Assembly (NCBI RefSeq): GCF_009914755.1
Contig: NC_060948.1
Source: the human T2T-CHM13v2.0 reference genome, Homo sapiens
DNA length: 64,000 bases
Strand: one strand, 5' to 3'
Shown here: positions 11,101 to 24,370 of the stretch, one piece after another
Numbering within the stretch: the first letter of the stretch is position 1
Layout of the letters: every line of letters begins with the position of its first letter
Program-made: the position numbers and the translations under genes
The notes under the pieces: generated by a model
Database searches by the model: none
What the model saw: only the letters and a program-made list of their open reading frames with translations
What the model was told of the DNA's origin: nothing

Positions 11101-13897
11101 AAAAAAAAAAAAAAAAAGAAAAAGAATTCAGAAGGATGATTATTAAGCTACTAAGCTACTCAAGGAGATAACAGAAAAACATGAAAACCAACTTAAAGCA
11201 ATTTTGAGAAAACAATAGAAGATATGAATGAGAACATTTTCAGAAAAATAGATGTCATAAAGAAAAAACAATCACAACTTCTGAAAATGAAAGTCACACT
11301 TAGAGAAATACAAAATGCAGGAGAGAGTTGCAACAACAGAATAGAAAAAGTAGAAGGAAGAACTTCAGAGCAAGGCTTTCAAATTGAACCAATCCTACAA
11401 AGACAAAGTAAAAGTAATAAAAAATGAAGAAAGGTTCCAAGAAGTTTGGGATTATGTTAAGTGGCCAAACTTAAGAACAATTGGTGTTCCTGGAGAAGAA
11501 CAGAAATCTAAAAGTTTGGAAAATTTATTTGAAGGAATAATTGAGGGAAACTTCCCTGGCCTTGCTAGAGATCTAGACATTCAAATACAAGAAGCTCAAA
11601 GAACTCCTGGGAAATTTATTGTGAAAAGATAATCACTAAGGCAAATAATCATCAGGTTATCTAAAGTCAAGGCAAAGGAAAGAATCTTAAGACCTGTGAG
11701 ACAAAAGGATCAGATAACCTATAAAGGAAAACTTACCAAATTAACAGCTATTTCTCTGCAGTAACCTTACAAGCCAGAAGAGCTGGAGGTCCTATCTTTA
11801 GCCTTTTAAACAAGATAATTGTCAGCCAAGAGTTTTGTATCCAGCAAAACTAAGCTTCATAATTGAAGGAGAGATAAAGTATTTTTCAGTTAAACAAATG
11901 CTGAGAGAATTTGTCATTACCAAGCCAGCATGGCAAGAAATTCTAAAAGGAGTTCTAAAACTTGAAACAAAACCTCAATATACATCAAAATAGAACTTCA
12001 TTAAAGCATAAATTTCACAGGGCCTATACAAAAATAACACAATGAAAAACAAAAGTATTAAGGCAACAGCTAACAGGATAAATAGAACAGTACCTCACGT
12101 CTCAATACTAATGTTGAATGTAAATGGCCTAAATGCTCCACTTAAAAGACACCGAATGGCAGAATGAATAATCTACCAGCCAAGTATCTGCTATTTTCAA
12201 GAGACTCACCTAAAAAATAACAATCACATAAACTTAAGGTAAAGGGGTAAAAAGTATATATTCCATGCAAATGGAAACCAAAAGTGAGCAGGAGTAGCTA
12301 TACTTATAGTCAGACAAAGCAGACTTTAAAGCAACAACAATAACAAAGAAAAAGAAATAGATGGACATTATATAATGATATAGCTAAATGAATCCAATAG
12401 CATATCAATAAGAGAACACACCATGATCGAGAGGGTTTCACACCAGGGGTGCAGAGATGGTTTAATATATGCAAGTCAATAACTGTGTTACATCACATAA
12501 ACATAATTAAAAACAAAAAATATAGTATAATCCCAATAGATGCAGAAACAGTATTTGACAAATTCCAGCATCCCTTTATTATTAAAGCCCTCAGCAAAAT
12601 TGGCATAGAAGGAACATACCTCAAAGTAAGAAAAACCATCCATGAAAAAAACCGCAGCCAATATTACACTGAATGGAAAAAAAACGTTCAAAGCATTCCC
12701 TCTGAGAACTGGAACAAGACAATGGTGTCCACGTTCACCACTTCTATTCAACATATTACTGGAATTCCTGACTAGAGCAGACAAGAGAAAGAAATATAAG
12801 GTATCAAAATCAGAAAAGAAAAGTCAGACTGTCGCTGTTCACCGATGATATGTTCATATAACTAGAAAACCCTGAAGACTCATCCAAGAAGTTCATAGAT
12901 CTGACAAATGAATTCAGTAAAGTTTCAGGATAAAAATCAGTGTACACAAATCAACTGCACTGCTGTACACCAAAAAACACCAAGCTGAGAATCAAATCAA
13001 GAACTCAGTTTATTTTACAACAGCTTCCAAAAAATAAAAATAAAATAAAATACTTAGGAATACACTTAACCAAGGAAGTGAAATGTCTCTACAAGTAAAA
13101 CTACATAACACTGCTGAAAAAGTAATCGCAGATGACACAAATGGAAACACTGCCCATGGAAATGCAAATTAAAACTACAACTCATTCTTACAAGAATCAC
13201 TATAATTTAAAAAATCAAAAAGTAATGTTGGCATGGATGTGGTGAAAAAAGAACACTTTTACACTGCTGATGGGAATGTAAACTAGTACAAACACTATGG
13301 AAATCAGTATGGAAATTTCTCAAAGAACTAAAAGTAGAACTACCATTATAACTAGCAATCCCACTACTGAGTATATACCCAAAGGAAACTACATCATTAT
13401 ATGAAAAAGACACTTGCACATGCATGTCTATAGCAGCACAACTTGCAGTTACAAAAATACAGAATTATCCTAAATGCCCATCAACCAATGAGTAGATAAA
13501 GAAAATACAGTATATATATACATGCACCAAGAAATACTACTCAGCCATAAAAAAAGAATTGAAATATTGGCATTTGCAGCAACCTGGATGGAGTTGGAGA
13601 CCCTTATTCTAAATGAAGAAACTCAGGAATAGAAACCCCAAAATCCTATATTCTTACCTATAAGTGGGAGCTAAGTTATGAGGACACAAAGGCCTAAGAA
13701 TGATATAATGGACTTTGGAGACTTGGGTGAAAGAGTGGGAGGGGTGTGAGGGATAAAATATTATACATTGGGTAGAGTGTGTACTGCTCAGGTGAGGGGT
13801 GCACCAAAATTTCAGAAATCACCACTAAAGGACTTATCTATCTAATAAAAAAAGTTTGTTCCCCCCAAAAAATATTGCAATAAAATAAAATTAAAAA
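8109..13897 (+). mobile_element. L1PB/L1PBa element, complete at both ends but with large ORF2 deletions; inactive
   Basis: 5' GGAAGATGGCAGATAGGAGGCAGG; ~2.5-kb 5'UTR; ORF1 remnants (QEVWDYVKWPNLRTIGVP); ORF2 EN start near 12078; L1PB-type 3'UTR (CACCAAAATTTCAGAAATCACCACTAAAG); decayed TSD AAGAAATTGACA / AAGAAACTTCCT inside Tigger1. Confidence 0.92.
10829..11123 (+). mobile_element. AluS (AluSg-like) inserted in L1PB ORF1
   Basis: GATCACGAGGTCAGGAGTTCGAGACC diagnostic; poly(A); TSD GAATTCAGAAG (10818-10828 / 11124-11134). Confidence 0.93.
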
Positions 13898-14319
13898 AAG
13901 AAACTTCCTCAGCTACCTCAACCTTTAGTAACCACCACCCTGATCAGTCAGTAGCTACCAACATCCAGGGAAGACCCTCCACCACTCAAGAGAATATGAC
14001 TTGTTGAAGACTCAGATGACTGATAACATATTTCAGCAATAAAGCAATTTTAAACTAAGGTATGCACATGTTTTTAGACATAATGTTATTCTTGCATACT
14101 TAATAGACTACAGCAAAGTGTAAGCATAACTTGTATATGCACTGGGAAAACAAAACATTAATGCCAGTCACTTTAATGTGATATTTGCTTTATTGAGGTG
14201 ATCTGGAACCAAACACAAAAGCTTGAAGGACAAAATGTGGACATTGAATCGCTTGAATGACAGGCAAATTGTATTAAAATTGATTATTTGGATACATAAA
14301 ATATAAGAACAGATTTTGA

Positions 14320-14860
14320 GAAGTAAAGAAACATGATAAGAACTATGATTTTGGAATATTGATCTAGCAAAGGCATGTAAGATAGCTTGTTGTGGGGAAA
14401 TAATAGTCAGAGGGATAAATATGAAGGTTATTAGAATAACTAAGCATAAGTAGTTAAGGCCAAAACTAGAGGTTAGTATTGGAATAATAGAAAATATTAA
14501 AGGTAATATTCAGTGAAGGGTTATTATGTTACCTGCTATGTGCTTTATAAATGTCCTGCAGTATCTACCACGCAAATTAGGCATGTGCTTTTATTATTAC
14601 TGTGTTACAACTAAAGTGACTTGAGATTATTATAGGTTATATGCTCACTCAAGGCTACATTGCTAATAACTGACCAGTGGTATGTTGAGAACTTGGAATA
14701 ACCTCCATACTAAATTCTAACATAACAATTGTGTGAGGGAGAGATAATACAATAATTAATGTTTTGGTGACTAACTGATGGGCAAGAAGTTTATAGATAA
14801 ATCATAGATGATTCTGAAGTTTCACATATGGCTTACTGGGTAATGATGATATTTATAAAT
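14320..14860 (-). mobile_element. Highly decayed L2 remnants with a possible embedded MIR (~14540-14720)
   Basis: Weak L2-like motifs (GGTGACTAACTGATG, GATGATTCTGAAGTTTC) and MIR-like core; recognised by eye only. Confidence 0.4.
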
Positions 14861-16292
14861 TTCATAATTTAGAAAGGACTGCTTTCTTAAACATTTTATG
14901 GAAAGGTTTGGTTTTCTGTTCTTTACTTTTACTATTCTCTCAAAAGGAGGTTTGTTGTTGTTGTTTGTTTTTGCTTTCTTTTGTGTCATTGTCATTGTCT
15001 TTGTTTAAACTCTACAACAATAGAAACTCATTCTTTTTTTCCCACTCACTCTTAAGACATACCTCTAAAGCTAAACATTTTGCTCCATTAACCCTAGCTG
15101 CAAATATCTCCTTTATCTTTGAATTTCAACATATTCATGTGTCCAGAATAATGCTGTTTTAAACTTGCCTGTATTTTGTTAAATGATTCTCTTTCTCTAA
15201 ATTGTCCATATTTTCAAATCAGAGGTAAAGTACTATGTTTACATTACAGAGTTGTAGATAATTTTGTATTACTCTTCTGAATGCTTCACAATTTAAAAAT
15301 AACAGATATTTAAATATAACTACACTTACACAACCACTACTTTTTACCAAACACAGATGAACAAGAAAATACCAATTATTGTGGAAAGAATTAAGCTGGA
15401 TTTAAGTATACATTTTCTGATAATCAGAACTGCTAAATATTTATATTTTTATTGGGAAATTATAAAATGTACCTTTCCCTGAAACCTTTAAAATGGAATT
15501 GATGTAATACTGCAGTTAATTACTGAAAGTGCAACATTTTTCATTAAGACTCAGTGGACCTTAGGCTATGCTTACTGATCCTATAAATGAAATTCACAAA
15601 TAAAGTACACCAATGTTAAAGAAAAGCCTTACCACAGCATGACTAACAAGTAACAAATTAACAAATTATTTCAAGTTGTGATTATTTTTGTGGTATCCTT
15701 GTTTTGCTTTTGCTGCAAATATAAATCTGGCCTGTACAATCATCATAATCTAACAGTTTCTATAATACAAAGGCAGTCATGTAAATGCTAAAAATTATCA
15801 TAATTGCTTGAAATAGAGTTATAATCTCCAAATGTATGGAGATCAGTATACTGTTCTTTATTTCTTTATATTTCCCTCTCTCTCTTTCTATTTATTTCTT
15901 TTTTAAATTTTGCTAACTTGAATTCCCATGTTGAAAAGTCTAATTTCTCTAACCTGCCAGAAAAAAACAAATGCTGCTAAAGACCTTCAGTTTCACGGCA
16001 TGCATTGAAAACATAGTCCAAAAGGACTGAATCAATCCAATCATTTGGGAATAATTTAAACATTTTGATGGGGTCAACAATGCCAAAAGCTTATGCAAAA
16101 TTGCTTTGCTGTTCTGTGTTATTCAGATGCAATATACAAATTCTTACAAAAAGTTGCCATTACAAGATCTGTAGCAATAGAAGGATCTTAGAGAAGCGTG
16201 TATAATTATACCTCAGAGAGGAGTAGTAGCAGAAATATCTGCTGCAAAACTAATAAACACAAGAAAGCAAGTAAGATTGTCTCATGTAGGTG

Positions 16293-16930
16293 CACTGGTG
16301 GATTCAGGCTTTGTAGGTTTTGCCCCTTATATAATTTGAAGTGGACGCTTTAAGTAAAAGAATAACAAATTAGGAATGAAAGTGAATGTTTCTTTAGAAT
16401 GAGCAAAGGAAATCACACAAAATTACAAATTTATAAAAGCTGACAAGTATCACAAACTTCACAACATCCAGAAAAAAAACATAATATTTTTAATTAACTG
16501 AGAAACCTCTTTCATATTATTTTTCTATTTTTTGTTACCAATGCTTTGATTAGCTCTTCATAGCACAGTGATTTTGTGACATTATTTTCTATAGAGAAAA
16601 GAGAAACATAATTTGGTTTTCCTCTAGCATAGTTTAGGAAAGTTTCTTTCAACTTTACAACTCATTCTTGGTAATGTAATTAAACTATAGGATTCTAATC
16701 AAATTTATACAATTGACTATGATGTCTCTTTCATACATAAACTGCAAGATTTGGGACACATTTCTATAGCTTAGATGCTGGCTATACACATTTCAAACTT
16801 TTGTTTCTTCTCCAATACTCACGTACTCCCAGAGTTAAGTATCATAAACCAGTTCATATGACAATACCACCTCTGACACTGAAACTTCATGTCATGATGC
16901 AGAGTGGATTGGCACAGTACACACAAGTGC
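16293..16930. mobile_element. hAT-Tip100 DNA transposon remnant (Zaphod/MER115-like)
   Basis: GGATTCAGGCTTTGTAGG...TTAGAATGAG...AAATCACACAAAATTACAAATTT...AAAAGCTGACAAGTATCACAAAC matches the recalled consensus. Confidence 0.65.
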
Positions 16931-17076
16931 ACAGAGCAATGGGGGAGAATGAAATGCACGGTGCATGGCAAGGAAACTGAGCACATTCACTCCAGGAAGA
17001 GCTGGCAAACTCCAGCTTGGGAATCTACAGTGGTCACTTATTAAGCCATCTGGGGGCAGGATTTTTTCTGCAGTCA

Positions 17077-17160
17077 ACTTGTCTGTTTCAAGTCATTTGA
17101 CACCCCTAGTTACAGCTTACTTGTCTGTTTCAAGTCATTTGACACCCCTAGTTACAGCTT
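17077..17160. repeat. Perfect 42-bp tandem duplication
   Basis: ACTTGTCTGTTTCAAGTCATTTGACACCCCTAGTTACAGCTT x2 (17077-17118, 17119-17160) followed by AC microhomology. Confidence 0.98.
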
Positions 17161-18401
17161 ACCTGATAGAAAAAATAAGGTGAGAGTGGACCAAAAAAAG
17201 TTTGATCCAAGATTCCTAAAAAGTAGTAATGGAAGCAGAAAAATTATTTTATAGCTGCCTACCACCAGGATTACGCTGCAAGAATCAACCCTGGGCTAGT
17301 AAATATGATATTGGTAATACTTTTCTCTAACAGTAAATTTAAGATTAGAATTTCCAGATTCTATAAATCTATAACGTATATAATGGCATATATTATCAGT
17401 AATCATGAAAAGTAACAGGTGTCTTTCTAAATGCTGCAACCACAAGAGTTACCTCTTTATAGATTAAAAGGTAAAAAAAAATGCTGGCAAAAAAAATAAT
17501 AAAATCATCTATTTTAAATCCATTTATTTTTCTTATAGAATCTTCAGAGCTTTACAAAAGGGTCTGATGTTTTACTGCTAAAAATTGATTATAAACACCA
17601 CTTCCTTGGATTCTAAAGCATCCAGGAAGACTAAAAACACTAATGACCTCAATTTTTTTTCCAGTTATAAATTCAGAAAACTAATCAGAATTTAAAAATT
17701 AAAATTTAACACAAAACAATACAATCTAAAAAAGGTCAGATTGCCTAGCCCACTGGCTTTGCACTCATACAAACAGGAAGCTGAAATTTTGAGTTTTGAT
17801 GGTCACTGTATCATTAATCTATTATGTTTCCATAACAAATTACCTGCTCAAATTTAAGTTTTCTTTATCTGCAAATCTTAAAGAGTTCACTGTGTCATGA
17901 GTATAATTGGTAAACAATCATATCTCCCTATATGAGGCAACCTCTCTGAGCACTAAACTAATTACCTAAACAATTTTTTTACCATGAAGATTGGTAACAA
18001 CGATATATAGGAGAAAAAAATATTAGAATTAAAGTGTCTTTGTTGTAAGATAATATTTTTTCTAATGATCTGGTTTCACTGCCAGTGTTAATAATTTATC
18101 TCTACCCAAATCTGTTCAGAAATAGAAATACTTTCTTTTATTACCTAAGAAGCTCTGAATAATCCCAACTGAAAAATGCCTGCCATGCTACTAGTACGGA
18201 AATCAAATTTTCTATACCTGTACATTTTAATTGGTGATGGAGGAATTTGTGCCTAATTATTTATATATGGTTTGAATTATATAATTAATAGTGCTGTTTT
18301 AAATAATTTTACCTATGATAGAATAAATTTCTCAAACTAATATTTTAATTCTTTCACCTTGCTTTGAGTCACTTGCAGGATGACTTGAAAATAGTATTCT
18401 T

Positions 18402-18740
<339 letters not shown>

Positions 18741-19484
18741 TTACTCTTGTAGGAAATGTGGCTTACTATTACAAGCTGATAGAATAGTTCCCTAAACTAT
18801 CCTCTTATTATTATCTGTGATAATATATTGAAAAGTATAGGTCATTGCTTAGACATATGTTGGGTTGTCAATACACTGAATACTCAGTAATACATAACAC
18901 AAAATATTTTGTCAACATATGTTAACTCAATGAAGTTTACAAGTATAGAAGTATGCTTATGGAGCTTCCTCATTCTGTACAATCAAGTTGCTCATCTTTC
19001 CTAGGACCAGAATAGACCAGAATATTTTTCCCTCTTAATTAATTCCTGGGTGTACTGAAGAAAAAATAGCAAATCTTAATTTTGACCTAAAACTAAATTC
19101 CAGAGTGCTACTTTCTACACATATTAGCTACAAATAGCATACATATTTCAAGATCTGGAATAGAAGTTGATAAGCTACACTTAAATCTTGGCTTGCTTTG
19201 GCCCTTGAGTTGCAAAACACAATGCTTATGGCATAGAGACCCTGATATTATCTCCATAAATGTGACAAATTACAAGCCAAATTAAATGACATACACCTAG
19301 AAGAGCCCCAATGGTACAATTTATTAAATACTTTAGTATAATGAGTATTTATGTTAAATTGATTATGCTAAGACTATGGCAGGTTAAGCTTAATATTTCT
19401 GGTTTCTGAATGCTCAGTTTAATATATCAGATTACAGCATCTTCACCTCTGTTTATTGTTTTGTGCTGCGTGTGTGTGTGTGCA

Positions 19485-20576
19485 CAAACTCAAAGAACTA
19501 AAAAAAGAAAAAGAAACTAAGCCCGTATTAGCAGACTAAAGTGAATAATAAATATTAAATCAGAACTAACAAAATAGAAAATAATTTGTAAAAACTCAAT
19601 AAAAGTGAGTTACTTTTTGGAATGACCAACAAAATTCACAAAACTTCAGCTAGACTGAAAAAAGAAAAAATTCAAATAAATAAAATAAAAAATGAGGAGA
19701 CATTATAACTGACATCACAGAAATATAAAATGATTATAAGAGATTATTATGAACAGTTGTACACTAACAAATTGGATAACTCGGAAAGATGGATTAATTC
19801 CTACAAACATATAATCTACCAAGAATGAATCATGAAGAGATAGAAAGTCTGAACAGACTGATAATTGGTAAGGAGTTTGAATGAATGAAAAAAACCTTCC
19901 AAAAAAGAAAAGCTTAGGAACATATGGCCTTACTGGTGAGTTCAACCAAACATAAATAAGAATTAACACCAATCCTTCTCAAGTTCTTCCAAAAAATAAA
20001 GAACAGTGAACACTATTGAACTGATTTTATGAAGCTGAAATGACCCTGATACCAAAGAAAGGCAAGAAGTCTACTAGAAAAGAAATTATGAGCCAATATC
20101 CCTGATGAACATAAATGCAAAAACTCACAACAAAAAGCTAGCAAACTAAATTCAACAAGATAACAAAAGGATCATACATCATGACCAAGTGGAATTACCC
20201 CTAGAATGCAAAAAAAAAAAATAATATAGGAAGCTATCAGTCAATGTGATATACCATATTAATAGAATGAAAAATAAAAATTATTTGATCATCTCAATAG
20301 GTACAGAAAAAACATTTGAGAAATTTCAACAACTTTTCATGATAAAAACAGACTAGATATAGAAGAAATTAACTCAAAGTAATAAAAGCCATATATAGAT
20401 AGCCCACAACTATTATATTCAATGGTGAAAAACTGAAATTTTTTTCTCTAACGTGAGGAAAAAGTCAAGGATGCCCACTCTCACCATTTCTGTTCAACAC
20501 AGTACTGGAGTTTCTAGCCAGGGCAATAAGTAAAAAAGGGCATCTAAATCAGATAGGTAGAAATAAAATTATAAAG

Positions 20577-20617
<41 letters not shown>

Positions 20618-22479
20618 TTAGAACTAAAAAACAAATTCAATATAATTGCAGAATACAAAATAAATGTACAAAAATTGTGTTTCTGTACACTGACAATGAA
20701 ATATTGGAAAAAGAAGTTATGAAAATAATGTCATTTACAATAGCATCAAAATAATAAAATACATATGAATAACCTAGCCAAAAAGGAAAAAGACTTGTGT
20801 ATACTGAAAACTACAAAACACTGGTGAACAAAAGTAAAGAAGATAAAAATAAATGCAAAGATTCCCTGTGTTTATGAATTGGAAGAGTTAATATTGTAAA
20901 AATATACATACTACTCAAAATGACCTGCAGGTTTTTCCAATCTGTATAAGAAACTCAATTTTTTTACATTAATAGAAAAAGCAATCTTAAAATTTATATG
21001 AGACTATAAAGGATTGTACCCAAATCTTAAGAGAAACAAAGACAAAGGACTCTAACATCCTAATTTTAACACACACTACAAAGCCACAGTAATCAAAATA
21101 GTATGATACTAGCCTAAAATAGACACTTAGACCAATAAAGCAGAATAGGAAGCCCAGAAATAACATCATGCATATATGGTCAACAGAGCTTCAACATGGG
21201 AGCTAAGAATACAAAGTGGAGTAAGGGTAATCTCTTCAACAAATGGTGATGAGAAAATTGCAAATTCACAGGCAGAAGAATAAAATTGGGCTTTTATGTC
21301 ACGTAATTCATAAAAACCTACTCAAAATGAGTTAAAGACTTAATTGTAGAATGTAAACTGTAAAACTTCTAGAAAAAAATAGGAGAAAATCTTCATGACA
21401 TTGATCTTGGCAATGATATATTGGATATAACACCAAAAGTACAGGTGAGAAAAGCAAAAATAGACCAGTGGGACCGTATCAAACTAAAACGCTTTTGCAC
21501 AACAAAGGAAATAACCAACAGAATAAAAAGGCAACCTACAGTCTGTAGGAGAATATTTGCAAACCATATATCTGATAGCTTAATATCCAAAATATATAAA
21601 AAACTACAACTCAATACCAAAAAAAACCCAAATAACCCAATTAATAAGTAATAAAATGATCTGAATAGATATTTGTTCAAAGAAGATGTCCAAATAGTCA
21701 AGAGGAATATTAAAAGTTGCTCAACATCCTAATACCCAGGGAAATGCAATTCGACAACAATGAGATATTACCTTATACTTGTTAGAATTTAAAAACAAAA
21801 ACCAACAAATGTAGCAAGTGTTGATGAGGATGTAGAACACAAGGAACACTTGAGCACTGAAGGGAAATATGTAAAATAATAAAGCTGCTAGGGAAAAACA
21901 GTATAGCGTTTCCTGAAAACATTAATAATGGAACTACCATGTGATCCAGCCTTCCCAACTCTGGCTATTTTTTCAAAATAACTGAAATCCAGATCTTGAA
22001 GAGATATTTGTACTCTCATATTCTGGGCAGATTATTTATAGTAGCCAAGAGGTAATGCCCATGGACTAATGAATAAAGAAAATGTGATATATACATACAA
22101 TGGAATTTATTTAGTGATAAAAAATATGCCATATGCTATAATCTGGATGAACCTTGAGGACTTTATGTTAAGTGAAATAAGCCAGTTGCAGAAGGACAGA
22201 AACTGTATGATTTAACTTATGTGATATATGTAAAGGTGTCAAACTCATAGTAGTACAGAGTGGAATGTTGTTTGCCAGGGGCTGGGAGGAATGGAGAATG
22301 GAGAGTTGCTGTTCAAAGGATATAAAATTTCCTTCAAGCAGGATGAAAATGTTCTAGAAATCTATTCTACACTATTGGGATTATAGTTAGCAACACAGTA
22401 CTCTGCACTTAAATATTTGTTAAGAGGATGGAAATTCATATGTGTGTCTTTTTGAACAAAATAAAAAAAAAAAAAAAAA
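19485..22479 (+). mobile_element. 5'-truncated L1MA9/10-L1MB1 class element (ORF2 plus 3'UTR)
   Basis: ORF2 remnants (KAKIDQWDRIKLKRFCTTKE); 3'UTR ...GTTCTAGAAATCT...CACTTAAATATTTGTTAAGAGG...; poly(A) at 22462-22479. Confidence 0.88.
20580..20615. repeat. (CA)n microsatellite
   Basis: About 18 uninterrupted CA units. Confidence 0.98.
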
Positions 22480-22589
22480 GAACTTGGCCTTGGTAACGTA
22501 TCAGACCTAGTTTGGAGCTTTCAATTCTGTTGGTCCTGTGGCCTTTAGTCAGTCAGTTTACTTAATCCATTTAATAGGTAATAGCATTT

Positions 22590-22848
22590 AACATTTATCC
22601 ACTATAGCGTTTAGTATGTACAAGACACTTTTGAAATGCTACATAGATTGATAGATGATAAATAGATGGCCAATTGATACATAAATGCCAATACTCCTTT
22701 AATCCTCACAACAATCCATTCTACAAATGAGAAAACTAAGGCAGGGAATGATCAACTAATTTGTCACATAGCTAGTAAGTTATAGTGTGAGAATTCAATT
22801 CTAGGCAGCCTAGATTCACAGTTTTTGCTTTTAACTAATCTACTATAT
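22590..22848 (-). mobile_element. MIR SINE
   Basis: TTTAATCCTCACAACAA...ACAAATGAGAAAACTAAGGC...GTCACATAGCTAGTAAG is the antisense MIR core. Confidence 0.8.
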
Positions 22849-23119
22849 TATCTTGAAATCTCTTTACTTTCCTGCAAAGAGGTAGTATATATAAAACATT
22901 AAACAAGTGCTTTGCACATAATAATTAATATAGGCTTATATTACATTATTTATTACAATAAAGTGTAATAAAACATGGAAAGTCATGATGAATATCAGAA
23001 GGCAATAAACTTTGCAACAAATTAAATAACCATTGCAATGAAAAGGGTTGAAAGTTTAAGCAATGAAATATAAAGACTTCAGCTAATTATCAGAATGTCA
23101 TATAGTGGTTCCAATTTTG

Positions 23120-23245
23120 GTCTCAATTTCCTGGTCTTTATAGTTGGAATAATATTTCTCTCATAGGATGTGTAAAAATTAAATGAATTCACACACCTGA
23201 AGTATTTAGACCAAAGCCTGGTATATGTTAAGTGCTCAAAAACAG
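23120..23245 (+). mobile_element. MIR fragment
   Basis: TCTCAATTTCC...CTCATAGGATGTG...ATTAAATGA...GCCTGGTATATGTTAAGTGCTCAA. Confidence 0.65.
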
Positions 23246-24370
23246 TGCATGTGTCACAGAGGATTGACCTGCTGCATAGTTGTAATAATTAAAAATATAT
23301 GGTTATGTATATTATAAAATGTCTTTCAATGGTGAATGTCAAGATTTAACAACCTTCACAGCAAGAACTATTTCCTTCTATCATAACTGAATCTCATAAT
23401 CTCCATGGGCTGGAAAATAACACATTATATTGCTTTTATAATTATCCTTATAATAAATGGACAATATCAAATAATTTTCCTGAATTCTTTGTTTTAGATG
23501 AAATGTTTTCAGCTCCTAAATTGATTTCAGATGTTTTGGATTTCCTAACAGAAAGCATTTACTTTATTCCCTTTAAAACTAGTCTATGTTAATCTCAAAA
23601 TTTGGAAATCAAATTGTAGTAAAAATTTAAATAATCTAGCATTTTGCAATGCAAGATAATTACTCATTGAACAAAGTTTTAAAAAATCAAGAAATGCATA
23701 TGGCTCACGTCACTAACCATACAAGAACATTATGAGGCATTTTGGCAGCAGATACTGGGGAAACTATGACTTTGACCAGCATATACCCTTTGAATAGAAT
23801 AGGAGAAAAAATAAAAGACTACAGTAAATTTAACTGGTCTCAAAACTATTGATTTTGTAATAGAGTTTTTAAATTTTTCAAAGACCAAAGTCATTACTTC
23901 AGAAATAATGAACCATCAATATTCCACCAAACAGCTTCTAGCAGATATAAAAGGAGATGTAATTGGAAGGAAATCAACTTCAGCTACTCCAGTGAAAACT
24001 TTGCATAAATATGTTGTTAAAAATGGTCTTGGTGGTTATGGACCTGTAGTTTATGTTGCTTTCATGGAGTACACTATGGATTTATTAATGGAACTACAGG
24101 TCTATGGTAACTATAAGTTAAGTATTTAGGTGAATATATAAATTGTCATTATTTTAAATACAGAAAAATTTGTAAATATTCTAAATAATGAAACAATTTA
24201 ATTTACAATATATGTACAAGGTTTAGCAAGCAACAAAACTCCAGATTAAAGCAAAAATACAGTAGTGATTTTTAAAAATAGTACAATGGTAAAAGTAAGA
24301 TATGTGTGTATCTGAAAGTTTAGAAAATTGTATAAGCCAGTCAGGACATTTCTTATGGGAATGCAGCAAG

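Noticed and set aside
23908-24129. 73-aa non-repeat ORF as a coding exon
   Set aside because: No recognisable homology, weak splice signals, and a length compatible with chance.
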